From the UHGV virus genome UHGV-2160239: a stretch of 34,355 nt of DNA. One strand, written 5' to 3'. This document shows, piece by piece, positions 8,389 through 17,477 of this stretch; the stretch's first letter is position 1; each line of letters starts with the position of its first letter. The position numbers and the translations under genes are program-made. Source of the stretch: a virus. Under the pieces are notes generated by a model. It was not told the DNA's origin. It ran no database searches and worked only from the letters and a program-made list of their open reading frames with translations.

Positions 8389-9348
8389 ATGAAAATTTGT
8401 ATCGACGACGGCTCCACCAACATCAAGCTGGCATGGACTGAGAACGGCGAACGCCGCAACGCCATCAGCCCGAACAGCTTCAAGTCGGAATGGTCTGCGC
8501 CGTTCGGTGGCACGCAGCCCGCGAACTACATGCTTGATGGCGTGCGCTATGGTTTTGATCCGGTTAGCGATCGCTTTGTCCAGACGACCGACACGCAATA
8601 CCAGTACAGCGATGTGAATGTCATTGCCATTCATCACGCGCTGGTCAAATCAGGCATCACACCACAGGAGGTGGATGTGGTTGTCACCCTTCCACTGAGC
8701 GAGTATTTCGACACAAACGCACAACCGGACATGGCCAACATCAACCGCAAAAAAGCGAACGTTATGCGCCCGGTGGAATACCAGAACGGCGAAGCATTCA
8801 CTATCCGCAACGTACGGGTTATGCCTGAATCCATTCCGGCTGGCTTTAAGGCACTGGCTGACATGAGTCCGTTTGAATCCCTGCTGATTGTGGATTTAGG
8901 CGGAACCACGCTGGATGTGGCAAAGGTTCAGGGACAACTGGCAGGTATCAGCCAGGTGTTTTGCGATCCACACGTAGGCGTTTCCCTGATAGCCGATGCC
9001 GTACTGTCGGTGATGGCCACTAACGGTATGCGTACCAGTCACCATATCGCCAATACCATCATCGAACATCGCCACGATGAAGTCTGGCTGCGCCAGCACA
9101 TCCACAATGACGCGCATTACGACAGCCTGATGGCGGTAATTCGTGAAAAGGAAGAAACACTGAAACAACGCGTGATCCGCGCGCTGGCGGGTTTTTCGGG
9201 TTACGGGCAGGTGATGGTTGTCGGTGGAGGGGCGGAGATTGTGGCACCCGCTATCCGCGAAGCCTGCGGAGTTAATGCGACTTTCATCGCGGACGGGGTG
9301 CCACAGTTTGCTCTGGTTAATGGGCTGTACGCAATGGACAAGGAGTAA
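8389..9348 (+). CDS. parM: Actin-like plasmid segregation ATPase ParM/StbA
   Basis: 319 aa; N-terminal IDDGSTNIKLAW phosphate-1 motif, YSDVNVIAIHHAL, VMPESIPAGF, LIVDLGGTTLDVA phosphate-2 and VMVVGGGAE adenosine motif, collinear with plasmid R1 ParM as I recall it. Confidence 0.9.
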   Translation: MKICIDDGSTNIKLAWTENGERRNAISPNSFKSEWSAPFGGTQPANYMLDGVRYGFDPVSDRFVQTTDTQYQYSDVNVIAIHHALVKSGITPQEVDVVVTLPLSEYFDTNAQPDMANINRKKANVMRPVEYQNGEAFTIRNVRVMPESIPAGFKALADMSPFESLLIVDLGGTTLDVAKVQGQLAGISQVFCDPHVGVSLIADAVLSVMATNGMRTSHHIANTIIEHRHDEVWLRQHIHNDAHYDSLMAVIREKEETLKQRVIRALAGFSGYGQVMVVGGGAEIVAPAIREACGVNATFIADGVPQFALVNGLYAMDKE

Positions 9349-9352
9349 ACCA

Positions 9353-9664
9353 ATGACGACTCCAACCAGACGGATAAGTTTCTATCTGAAGCCCGCCGTC
9401 GTCAAGAACGAAGGCGAAGCATGCGCCTGGCTGGACAGCCTTACACCAGAAGCCCGCAAAAGCGGCCAACGCGTGGCTTTTCTGGCCGGGCTGGCACTAC
9501 TGAAAATGAATCCGGCAGAGGCTTACCGACTGGCTGCATGGGCTGATGATGAGGCGTTATCAGTGACACAAATCAGGACAGAACGCCCCGCGTCACAGCC
9601 AGTATCAACCGCACAGATAACCAGTCAGATGGCCGGAAATATCCGGGCGTTATTTCCCGAATAA
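9353..9664 (+). CDS. parR: ParR-like centromere-binding adaptor
   Basis: 103 aa immediately after parM (AAGGAG RBS); RRISFYLKP ... LDSL ... AFLAGLALL parallels the R1 ParR N-terminal ribbon-helix-helix region RTIAFKLNP ... LDSI ... ALTAGLAL. Confidence 0.7.
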   Translation: MTTPTRRISFYLKPAVVKNEGEACAWLDSLTPEARKSGQRVAFLAGLALLKMNPAEAYRLAAWADDEALSVTQIRTERPASQPVSTAQITSQMAGNIRALFPE

Positions 9665-9726
9665 CACAACATCAGGGCGTATCCGCCCTGATGACTTTAA
9701 CCCGGGAGCATAAACAAGGGGACACA

Positions 9727-10062
9727 ATGCAACACATTGACAGAGAAAAAGCGCAGCGACTGATTGAGCGGATGGAAGCGCTGGCGAAAGAAGAAAATGT
9801 CAACATCCAAAAAATAGCTGAATGTGGACAGATAGTTCTTCGTCGTGAAAAAGACCTCAAACAACTGATGTTTGGCGAAACCAGTAAAACATGGACTTCA
9901 GGCGAGAAGACGGTTTATTGCAGTTTCTGCAATAAATCCCAGTACGAAGTCACAAAGGTGATTGCCGGACCGTCTGTTTACATCTGCAATGAGTGCGTGG
10001 ATTTGTTCAATGAAATTATCAGGAGAGAAGTGACAGGCCATGAAGAAAAAACGCATGAATGA
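9727..10062 (+). CDS. Standalone ClpX-type C4 zinc-finger domain protein
   Basis: 111 aa from ATG 9727 (AGGGG RBS); C-terminal [38 protein letters not shown] is collinear with the ClpX N-terminal zinc-binding domain (CxxC ... CxxC); N-terminal about 60 aa is a charged helical region. Confidence 0.7.
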   Translation: MQHIDREKAQRLIERMEALAKEENVNIQKIAECGQIVLRREKDLKQLMFGETSKTWTSGEKTVYCSFCNKSQYEVTKVIAGPSVYICNECVDLFNEIIRREVTGHEEKTHE

Positions 10063-10123
10063 CGAATTTGACGGTTTTTAATTTTATCGGGGCGCACTGT
10101 CCACCCCGCACGAGGAAAACACG

Positions 10124-10648
10124 ATGAAAAAATACGAATACATGCTGATGAAAGAAGCACTGCGGGTTGGTTTGGCTCCCTGTCCTGTATCCGTAGAAGC
10201 TGTTGTTGGGAACACGATTTTCCGAACGCTGCGAAATCGCGTATCCGTGAAAATGATTCACCAACCACCCAATTCTATCAGCATGATTTATCTGCCGCTG
10301 CCCGAGGCTATCAAACTTATGCGTTCGTTGAAATTTGCGATTTGGATGCAGACACAACTCAACAAAGCGGTGCAAAACACCTTCGTTAAGAAACTGATGC
10401 CGGAGCTTGCTGCCAGATGTGCAAAATGTACCAGACCCGCACTTCAATTTGATCTGTCATTGATTCAACAAGCTACGGAGGCAGAACTGTACCGCCTGTC
10501 ACCTCTCCGTGATGCTCACACGGAAGCCTCAGAAATGTTCCGGCTCATGTTTCAATTTAATTTTGCCGTTCGACGCACACGCGTTCAGGTCAATCGCATG
10601 ATGCAGGCGCAGGAAGAGCTGGCGCAACACAAAGGAGACAACCAGTGA
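10124..10648 (+). CDS. Hypothetical protein (174 aa), first gene of a coupled pair
   Basis: GAGGAAAA RBS; stop overlaps the GTG start of the next gene; no recognisable catalytic motif. Confidence 0.5.
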   Translation: MKKYEYMLMKEALRVGLAPCPVSVEAVVGNTIFRTLRNRVSVKMIHQPPNSISMIYLPLPEAIKLMRSLKFAIWMQTQLNKAVQNTFVKKLMPELAARCAKCTRPALQFDLSLIQQATEAELYRLSPLRDAHTEASEMFRLMFQFNFAVRRTRVQVNRMMQAQEELAQHKGDNQ

Positions 10649-11184
10649 GCAAGATTGACTATCAGGCACTACAAATGGCAGCAGAACGTGCAATTCCGGC
10701 AATGGAACGCCTGTTAATATTGCCAGTTGATGATGATTTGTTAAGCGAACAGGAACTTAAAGATTGCGGTGTGGATATTGACGCGATCAACACCTTCAGA
10801 CTTCTGGCTGGACCGGAAACCATGCTGGCACTGCTGGAACAACAGAAAGTCAAGGACAACCGAATCGCTGAACTGGAAAAAATCGTTACTGACTATGCAC
10901 TTAAATTCCAGAAAGCACAGGACGCATTAAAGTATGCCGCTTTGCTGCATAGCCGGACGGCGCAACAAACAAATAATTTTGCAGTATTGCTTCCGGACAT
11001 AAGCGAATATTTCATTAATGACGTATTTCAGCCCTTGCGATATGAGCGGGATGTTGAAAGAGCCATCATAAAGGCTGGCGGAAAAGCATTGTGGCAGGAG
11101 AAACAGGAGGACAGAACGCATCAGTCCTGCGATGTAAATCGCGGATGGTTTAGCCCACTGACGACAGATAAAAATAACACCTGA
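10645..11184 (+). CDS. Ead/Ea22-like family protein (tentative)
   Basis: 179 aa, GTG start with AAAGGAGA RBS; N-terminus MSKIDYQALQMAAERA and coiled-coil LALLEQQKVKDNRIAELEK resemble the lambdoid Ea22/Ead family as I recall it. Confidence 0.5.
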   Translation: MSKIDYQALQMAAERAIPAMERLLILPVDDDLLSEQELKDCGVDIDAINTFRLLAGPETMLALLEQQKVKDNRIAELEKIVTDYALKFQKAQDALKYAALLHSRTAQQTNNFAVLLPDISEYFINDVFQPLRYERDVERAIIKAGGKALWQEKQEDRTHQSCDVNRGWFSPLTTDKNNT

Positions 11185-11623
11185 TCCCCCTCAAACTAGG
11201 GCGATAATCGCGCATCGCCCTGCTGCACAATAGTGCACAAACTTGCACAATTTTTTTGAACGACTTTTTGCCCTTCCAGCCCCCGTGGCGGCTGGATCCG
11301 TCAAGGATCCGTGCGTGCACAAAAAAACGCGTTTTTTCTGCGCGCAGGTGACGGGGGAACAGCCCGCGTTTCAGGGGGTAAATAGCATTCCCTGAACGAT
11401 GTCGCAGCGACACAACAGAATGGCTGTATTTCTCACACTGAGCGTGAAAAAGGCGTGAGGGCTTTTGATTTGATGGGGTGACAGATAAGGCCGTCAAAAT
11501 CGCACTGAGGCGGCAGGAACATGCAGTCAACGCGGTGGGATTGCGTAAGAGCCTGACCGTCGATGATGGCGATAAGCTGGAAGACGTCGTGAAATTATCT
11601 GATTGATACAGGAGCTGGAGAGT

Positions 11624-11646
11624 CGGGGCATAAATTTTTTATGCCC
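11624..11646. terminator. Hairpin terminator downstream of portal gene Q
   Basis: GGGGCATAAA TTTTTTATGCCCC perfect inverted repeat with a central T/A run, just 3-prime of the Q stop on the minus strand; could act in both directions. Confidence 0.5.
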
Positions 11647-11674
11647 CGGCGAAGCAGCAGACAAGCGAAGCGCG

Positions 11675-12721
11675 TCAGGATGTGGGCTGGGTGTCCAGCA
11701 GTGCGTAAGGGTTAAAGCGGATCACCTCTTCGCCAAGCCAGTCATTGATATGCTTCATGGCCTCCATGACGGGCATCAGCTCGTTAATTGCGTAAACCCG
11801 CGCTGCCTTCTCCACATCACCAAACGCACTTTTTTCGCCCGGCATCGCCCCCATCAGTTGCGGCGGAACGCGGTGCGCAGCCAGCACATCATCACGGGAT
11901 GCCGCCTTAACATTCATGAACTCATCCTTTGCGGTGATCTGCTGGAACGGCAAAATTTGCACACCTTCTTTGCCCCCGTTGGGCGCGTGAATGAGCACGT
12001 TTTTAAATGCACCACCACCACGCGCACCCTGTAGCGTTTCCTTCAGGGAGTCCATGCTTTCGCGGTTTACCTGCGCTGCACCGATGTAGATGATGCACCC
12101 GGCGTGGGATCCATTGTCGTAGTACAGTTTTCTGAACATGTCCGCCGAATGAGACAGGCTGGCCGAGAGTAATGCGCCAAGATATTCCGGCATGCCGTAA
12201 ATTTCCTGGTTAATGTCCGGATTCATCAGGTGGCACACTTTGCCAGGGCGAAACTGAAACGCGTCGTTGCCATCCTGCACATACCACCATGATTCAAGAT
12301 CGCTTCCGCGCCGCATGTATTTCGCCAGTGCGTGCCGTAATTTAAGTGGTTCGCCGAGCATATTGCTCCGAAGCTCAAGGAATGCGTTACCGAACACAAA
12401 CCAGTCCAGCGCCAGCGCCGAGAAATCCTGCCGGGAAAGCAGCGGGTGCGGGATGTAGCAACCGAGTAATACATTGCGCTTAAAGTAAAGCGCAGACTGA
12501 TGCCAGGACGTTTGCCGGGCGGCTCTTGCCAGACCGTACCAGTCCACCGGGGTTTCATACCACCGCCCGTTATCAGCACAGTACATATTGTCCAGCAGGT
12601 CATGCCCGGTCAGGCGGTAAGGACCATCAAATGTGAATGCACTGAGCGACGATTCTTTCCTGAGCGCATCAGCGAGATCAATGCGTGAACTCATGCGCAC
12701 TTTTTTATTTTTTCTGCTCAT
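11675..12721 (-). CDS. Q: Portal protein (P2 gpQ-like)
   Basis: 348 aa; start overlaps the terminase stop; divergent from the capsid operon exactly as P2 Q-P; size matches gpQ. Confidence 0.85.
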   Translation of the reverse strand: MSRKNKKVRMSSRIDLADALRKESSLSAFTFDGPYRLTGHDLLDNMYCADNGRWYETPVDWYGLARAARQTSWHQSALYFKRNVLLGCYIPHPLLSRQDFSALALDWFVFGNAFLELRSNMLGEPLKLRHALAKYMRRGSDLESWWYVQDGNDAFQFRPGKVCHLMNPDINQEIYGMPEYLGALLSASLSHSADMFRKLYYDNGSHAGCIIYIGAAQVNRESMDSLKETLQGARGGGAFKNVLIHAPNGGKEGVQILPFQQITAKDEFMNVKAASRDDVLAAHRVPPQLMGAMPGEKSAFGDVEKAARVYAINELMPVMEAMKHINDWLGEEVIRFNPYALLDTQPTS

Positions 12722-14472
12722 CAGAACTCCATAACCGTGAAACGCTCGTTTTCTCCTTCGCCGCCAATTGGTTCGTTAATGACAGCAAGCATGGTTGCCC
12801 ACGCAAGGTCGCCGTGGCTGATCCCCCTCGCGCGGTCCGTTTCGTAAGTGATAAAGCCGCCCGGTGTTTTCACCTTACGCACGGCGTTAAAGGCCGCGAC
12901 CAGCTCGCGTTCGGCGCGATCGTATTCCCACCGCCCGGCACGCATTATTTGCAGCATTTTCAGTACCAGCGACCGTTTTGATGACAGCGTGAAGGTGTAC
13001 GGAATAGCAGCAGGGAAAAAACGTTTCACTATCTGATAAACAGCCTCCCCGTTCCCGCCCGTCACATCAATGCCGATGTGTTCCACGTTGTAGCGACACG
13101 TGAACTCCTCAATGACTCTGGCCTGTTCTTCAAACTCCAGCCCCTGAACGCGTCGCGTCTCCACCGTTCGAAAACGGCCACCAGGAACAGCCGGAGGAAC
13201 CACCACGGACACCGCGCCACTGTCGCCGTTTCCACTGCTGCCGTTTGCGTCATACCCAATCCATACCGGACGATTCCCCATCGGGCGGGGAGCAAAAGGT
13301 TTCCAGTCTTTCCAGTCGTCGTATCCGTCAACGCCGCAGCCAATCAGGATATTCAGGTTAAATGCCGATTCCCCTTCGCGGACAAACTCACACATATAGA
13401 GATTGCGGAACTCGTCTTCGGTGTTTTCATCACGAATTTCATCAATATCGGTGTGTTTCCAGCCGTGATTAACCACATCTTCCAGCGTGACAATTTGCCG
13501 CCACGTCCGGTCGGGGCAGATAAGCCCGTTATGCAGCGTTTTCCAGTCCACAGAAAAACGCTGGCGTTTATGCGCGGCCTTTTTCTCGTTCCAGCGGTCG
13601 CCGTTCCAGTAGACGTATGCCTCGTGCGTTTCGGTTGATGGCGTGGAGAAGTAGGTGCGTCGCAGCCCGCTGAGGGTTGCCATAGCGCCAGCCACCTTGC
13701 GCAGTTCAGCAAAGCGACTGACCCAGAAAAATTCATCAAAATAAAAATTGCCTGTGTAGGACTGTGCCGTCGCAGCAGAAGTGCCGAGAAAATGCAGCTC
13801 TGCGCCGTTGGAGAGGATGATTTTATCGCCCCCTTTCAGCTCCACATCAACTTCAGATGCAGCCTTCTGAATAATGCTTTTAAACTGGAACGCCTGACGA
13901 CGCGACGCAGACAAAAAAATCTGGTTACGCTGGTAAGGTTGCGCCACATCGTCACGCAGCGCCATCAGCAGTGCTTCCTGTGCAAAATACCAGGTCGCCC
14001 CAATCTGTCGGGATTTCAGGATCATCCTGTTACGTATCCCGGCTTCCCTGCAAAGGGTCAGGGAGTCAAACCAGCCCCGCTGATGCCACTCCAGCCTGCT
14101 GATGATTTTTTCCCGCAGTGCGGCAATCTGTTCCGGCGTGAAATGATTTTTAAGCTTTTTCGCCCGGCCTTTCTTTCCTGTGGCCGTCGCATCCGGCTGG
14201 TCATCATGCAGTTTTTTAAGCTGCCGGGTCAGCAGGTCTATTTCCTTAAAGTCACCGCCTGTTTTATTCTGTTTTTCAGTAAGCTGGATGAGGCGCGCAT
14301 CGATGGACTGCGTGACACGCTGCACGGGTGGCGTTTCATCCCACTGGTCGCGTTTTTTCCACGCATAAATCGTGTTCGGGTTTATTCCCATCAGACGTGA
14401 TATTTCAGCGGGCGGATAACCCTGCCAGTAAAGTTGTCGCGCACGCTGGCGCACAAAAGCGTCCTGAATCAT
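12721..14472 (-). CDS. P: Terminase large (ATPase) subunit (P2 gpP-like)
   Basis: 583 aa; N-terminal HTH-like segment YWQGYPPAEISRLMGINPNTIYAWKKR, then ATPase and nuclease regions; size and position as P2 P. Confidence 0.9.
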   Translation of the reverse strand: MIQDAFVRQRARQLYWQGYPPAEISRLMGINPNTIYAWKKRDQWDETPPVQRVTQSIDARLIQLTEKQNKTGGDFKEIDLLTRQLKKLHDDQPDATATGKKGRAKKLKNHFTPEQIAALREKIISRLEWHQRGWFDSLTLCREAGIRNRMILKSRQIGATWYFAQEALLMALRDDVAQPYQRNQIFLSASRRQAFQFKSIIQKAASEVDVELKGGDKIILSNGAELHFLGTSAATAQSYTGNFYFDEFFWVSRFAELRKVAGAMATLSGLRRTYFSTPSTETHEAYVYWNGDRWNEKKAAHKRQRFSVDWKTLHNGLICPDRTWRQIVTLEDVVNHGWKHTDIDEIRDENTEDEFRNLYMCEFVREGESAFNLNILIGCGVDGYDDWKDWKPFAPRPMGNRPVWIGYDANGSSGNGDSGAVSVVVPPAVPGGRFRTVETRRVQGLEFEEQARVIEEFTCRYNVEHIGIDVTGGNGEAVYQIVKRFFPAAIPYTFTLSSKRSLVLKMLQIMRAGRWEYDRAERELVAAFNAVRKVKTPGGFITYETDRARGISHGDLAWATMLAVINEPIGGEGENERFTVMEF

Positions 14473-14626
14473 TGCTCCCCCTGAGTAATTACAGGAAGAT
14501 TACCCGCGCGCGAAACCGTTCTCCTTAACCCCCTGTTCTGGCCATTTTCTTACAACAAAAGCCCTTTGTATCAGCCTGTTACGCTTTGCCATCATGACTG
14601 AAGAACCAGTCAGAGGGGCAAAAACT

Positions 14627-15463
14627 ATGGCTAATGAAAAAAAGACATCACGCAAAAAGTTTCGCGTGGCTGTCTCCGGATCAACTGTTGATGGCCGCGA
14701 AATCAGTCCGGTGCATCTGCGTGAAGCTGCTGAGAACTTCGACCCGGATGTTTACGCTGCCCGCGTGAACGTTGAGCACTATCTCTCGCCATGCCCGTCA
14801 AGCGAATTTTCCGCAATGGGCGATGTCACTGCACTGAGTACGGAAGACATTACGGAAGGTCCGCTGGCCGGGCGTACTGCGCTGTATGCAGAAATCGAAC
14901 CGACCGAGCGCATGAAGAAGCTTGTCGCTGACGGCAAGAAAATTTATTCCAGTATCGAACTGCACCCGCAGTTCTCCGTTAACGGGCGCGCCTATCTGGT
15001 CGGGCTGGCGATGACCGACACCCCGGCAAGCCTGGGCACTGAACGTCTGAAATTCACGGCACAGCAACGTCAGGCAGTGATGAAATTCAACAGTGTCCAG
15101 GGTGAGGCTCCGCTTATCTCCGAAGCCATCGAGTCTGAAATCATCGAAATGGCAGAACAACGCCAGGAAGAAGGCACCCAGTGGTTTAACCGCGTAATGG
15201 GAATTATTGGCCGTGGCCGCAAAGCGGATGACGCCAGTTTTTCCCGCATTCAGGAAGCGGTGGAAGGCGTCGCAACGTCACAGGCCGACATTATCGACCG
15301 TTTTAATGCACTGGAAGCCCGCCATAAGCAGGACCGTCAGAAAATCACATCACTGACCACAGAGCTGGCAGCACTGAAGGAAAAACTGCGCACGCAGGAC
15401 GGCGATCCGCAGAACCGGTTCACCGCAACGGGCGCAGCCTCCGACCAGCTGGCTGACTTCTGA
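14627..15463 (+). CDS. O: Capsid scaffolding protein (P2 gpO-like)
   Basis: About 278 aa from ATG 14627 (AGAGGGG RBS); N-terminus KKFRVAVSGSTVDGREI ... FDPDVYAARVNVEHY matches the gpO family; first gene of the rightward late operon. Confidence 0.85.
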   Translation: MANEKKTSRKKFRVAVSGSTVDGREISPVHLREAAENFDPDVYAARVNVEHYLSPCPSSEFSAMGDVTALSTEDITEGPLAGRTALYAEIEPTERMKKLVADGKKIYSSIELHPQFSVNGRAYLVGLAMTDTPASLGTERLKFTAQQRQAVMKFNSVQGEAPLISEAIESEIIEMAEQRQEEGTQWFNRVMGIIGRGRKADDASFSRIQEAVEGVATSQADIIDRFNALEARHKQDRQKITSLTTELAALKEKLRTQDGDPQNRFTATGAASDQLADF

Positions 15464-15486
15464 CAAGACAAAGGAGCAAATTTTTT

Positions 15487-16539
15487 ATGAATCTGGTGAT
15501 GTCAGATATTACCCGCAACAAACTGGGTTGCTATATGGCGCAGCAGGCGTCGCTTAACAATATCCCGGTTTCTGCACTGGTATCGCGATTTACCGTAGAA
15601 CCCTCGGTGCAGCAGCGTTTTGAAAACGCAGTAAAGGAGAGCACTGAATTTACAAAAAAAATTAACGTATTCGGTGTGACCGACCAGAAAGGCGAAAAAA
15701 TCCTCCTGGATACCACCGGGCCGATTGCGCGCACGAATACCAGTTATGACGGCACAAAACGCCGTAACCCGAATAACGTGGTTGATCTGAAAAACCGCAA
15801 ATACCAGTGCGAACAGGTGAACTACGACACGTTTATTTCGTATCCGCAGCTTGATGCCTGGGCGGCACACCCTGATTTTCAGTCCCGCGTCAGCACACAG
15901 ATTGCCCGGCAGGTGGCGCTTGACCGCATCATGATTGGTTTCAACGGCACGTCTCACGCAGATGAGTCCAACTTCAGCACTAACAAGCTGCTTCAGGACG
16001 TTAACGTGGGCTGGCTGGAGCACATCAGAACCGATGCCAGTGAACGCGTTATGAATGATGTAACGCTGACCTCCCGCAACATGGACAACACCGTGGCGCA
16101 CGCGGGTAAGTATGCGAACGCTGATGCACTGGTACAGGACGCGCGCTCATCCCTGCTGGATGAATGGCACAAGGAAGCTGACGACCTCGTGGTGATTATG
16201 GGGCGCAACCTGTTTAACTCGCTGCGTCTGCCCGTGCTGAACAGCATCAGCGGCCAGAATCCCAATGCGGAATTACTTGCCGGACAGCTCATCCTGTCAT
16301 CGCGCGCCATTGGCGGGCTGGATGTATTCCTTGCGCCGTTCTTCCCGGATTCAACGATGCTGATCACCTCGTTCAACAACCTGTCGATTTACTGGCAGAA
16401 AGGAACAATGCGTCGCCTGATGAAAGACGAGCCGGAATACAACCGCATCGCCACTTACCAGTCCATCAATGACGCTTATGTCGTTGAAGACTATGGCAAG
16501 TGCGCGATGGTCACTGGCCTGAAGTTCGCCGACAGCTAA
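15487..16539 (+). CDS. N: Major capsid protein (P2 gpN-like)
   Basis: 350 aa; FTVEPSV motif near the N-terminus as in gpN; an alternative start at 15499 is possible. Confidence 0.9.
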   Translation: MNLVMSDITRNKLGCYMAQQASLNNIPVSALVSRFTVEPSVQQRFENAVKESTEFTKKINVFGVTDQKGEKILLDTTGPIARTNTSYDGTKRRNPNNVVDLKNRKYQCEQVNYDTFISYPQLDAWAAHPDFQSRVSTQIARQVALDRIMIGFNGTSHADESNFSTNKLLQDVNVGWLEHIRTDASERVMNDVTLTSRNMDNTVAHAGKYANADALVQDARSSLLDEWHKEADDLVVIMGRNLFNSLRLPVLNSISGQNPNAELLAGQLILSSRAIGGLDVFLAPFFPDSTMLITSFNNLSIYWQKGTMRRLMKDEPEYNRIATYQSINDAYVVEDYGKCAMVTGLKFADS

Positions 16540-16584
16540 TCAACTCACGGCGGGCATCATGCCCGCCTGTAACGGAGAGAAAGA

Positions 16585-17385
16585 ATGATTACCCCTGCAC
16601 AGCAACACTGGCAGAACGTGATGGCGCAGCGCGCAGGCCGGGCGAATGAAGGCGTGGATCACGCCGCACGTACCGCGCATGAAGAGGTGCTGTATCGTCT
16701 GCGTCTGGCACAGGTCCGACTTAAGGGCGTACAGGCCAGAAGCGCCAAAGCCGCCATCAAAAAAGAGTTGTTACCGGACTTTTCTGGCTGGATTGAAGGA
16801 ACGCTGGAGGCTGACGGCGGGCAGCAGGATGAGGTGATTGCCACGCTGATGGTGTGGGCGATTGACTGTGGCGATCTTCCGCTGGCATTGCGTATTGGTG
16901 CGTATGTGGTCCGTCACAACCTCATCATGCCGGATAACTTTGGCCGTACTGCTGCCACAGTGCTGACCGAAGAAATCTGCAACCCGGTACTGACGCAGGC
17001 CGGGACGGATGCCGACGCGGATTTGTCCGCCTTTATCGAACCACTGGACACCCTCCGGGAGATTGTCACCGACCAGGATATGCCGGACGAAGTACGCGCC
17101 AAATTATGCAAGGCGTGCGCCTTTGCCCGCCGTGGCCTGAGCGATGCGGACAGCATGGCCCTGTCACTGAAGCTGCTGCGCGAAGCGATGCACCTGAACC
17201 CGAACGCAGGTGTGAAACGCGAGATTGCAACCCTTTCCCGCGCCCTGAAAAAAGCCGATTCCGCAGCCGCCCCAGATGACGCCAGCGCACAGCAGGCGCA
17301 GGACGAAAGCAGCAAAAGTAAAAAGACAACGCGGAAGCCTGCAACACGAAAAACCACCGCGACGCAGAAGACGAAGCGCGGTTAA
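16585..17385 (+). CDS. M: Terminase small (endonuclease) subunit (P2 gpM-like)
   Basis: 266 aa following N; basic Lys/Arg-rich C-terminal tail; position as P2 M. Confidence 0.8.
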   Translation: MITPAQQHWQNVMAQRAGRANEGVDHAARTAHEEVLYRLRLAQVRLKGVQARSAKAAIKKELLPDFSGWIEGTLEADGGQQDEVIATLMVWAIDCGDLPLALRIGAYVVRHNLIMPDNFGRTAATVLTEEICNPVLTQAGTDADADLSAFIEPLDTLREIVTDQDMPDEVRAKLCKACAFARRGLSDADSMALSLKLLREAMHLNPNAGVKREIATLSRALKKADSAAAPDDASAQQAQDESSKSKKTTRKPATRKTTATQKTKRG

Positions 17386-17402
17386 CGACTGACCCCGTCA
17401 GC

Positions 17403-17470
17403 GGGCGGCGTGCGCGGTGTTCCGGTTTGACTCCGTGACCGTTTACACCGCGCACCCACCGCCCGATTTT
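17403..17470 (+). terminator. Long imperfect hairpin plus T-run between M and L (possible attenuator)
   Basis: GGCGGCGTGCGCGGTG ... CACCGCGCACCCACCGCC inverted repeat followed by GATTTTTTC, just upstream of the L start. Confidence 0.35.
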
Positions 17471-17477
17471 TTCAGGA

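Noticed and set aside
11150-11530. 126-aa minus-strand ORF in the putative cos region
   Set aside because: No RBS and lies across palindromes and repeat elements of a region expected to be noncoding packaging sequence.
7754-11674. P2 Old (ATPase/TOPRIM) or Tin homologues, or a DNA invertase near the fibre genes
   Set aside because: No Walker A-containing large ORF of Old type in the accessory island and no serine-recombinase-like ORF near the tail-fibre assembly remnant; absence noted rather than a feature.
15502-16101. 199-aa minus-strand ORF inside the major capsid gene
   Set aside because: Antisense to a clearly recognisable capsid gene; no independent support.
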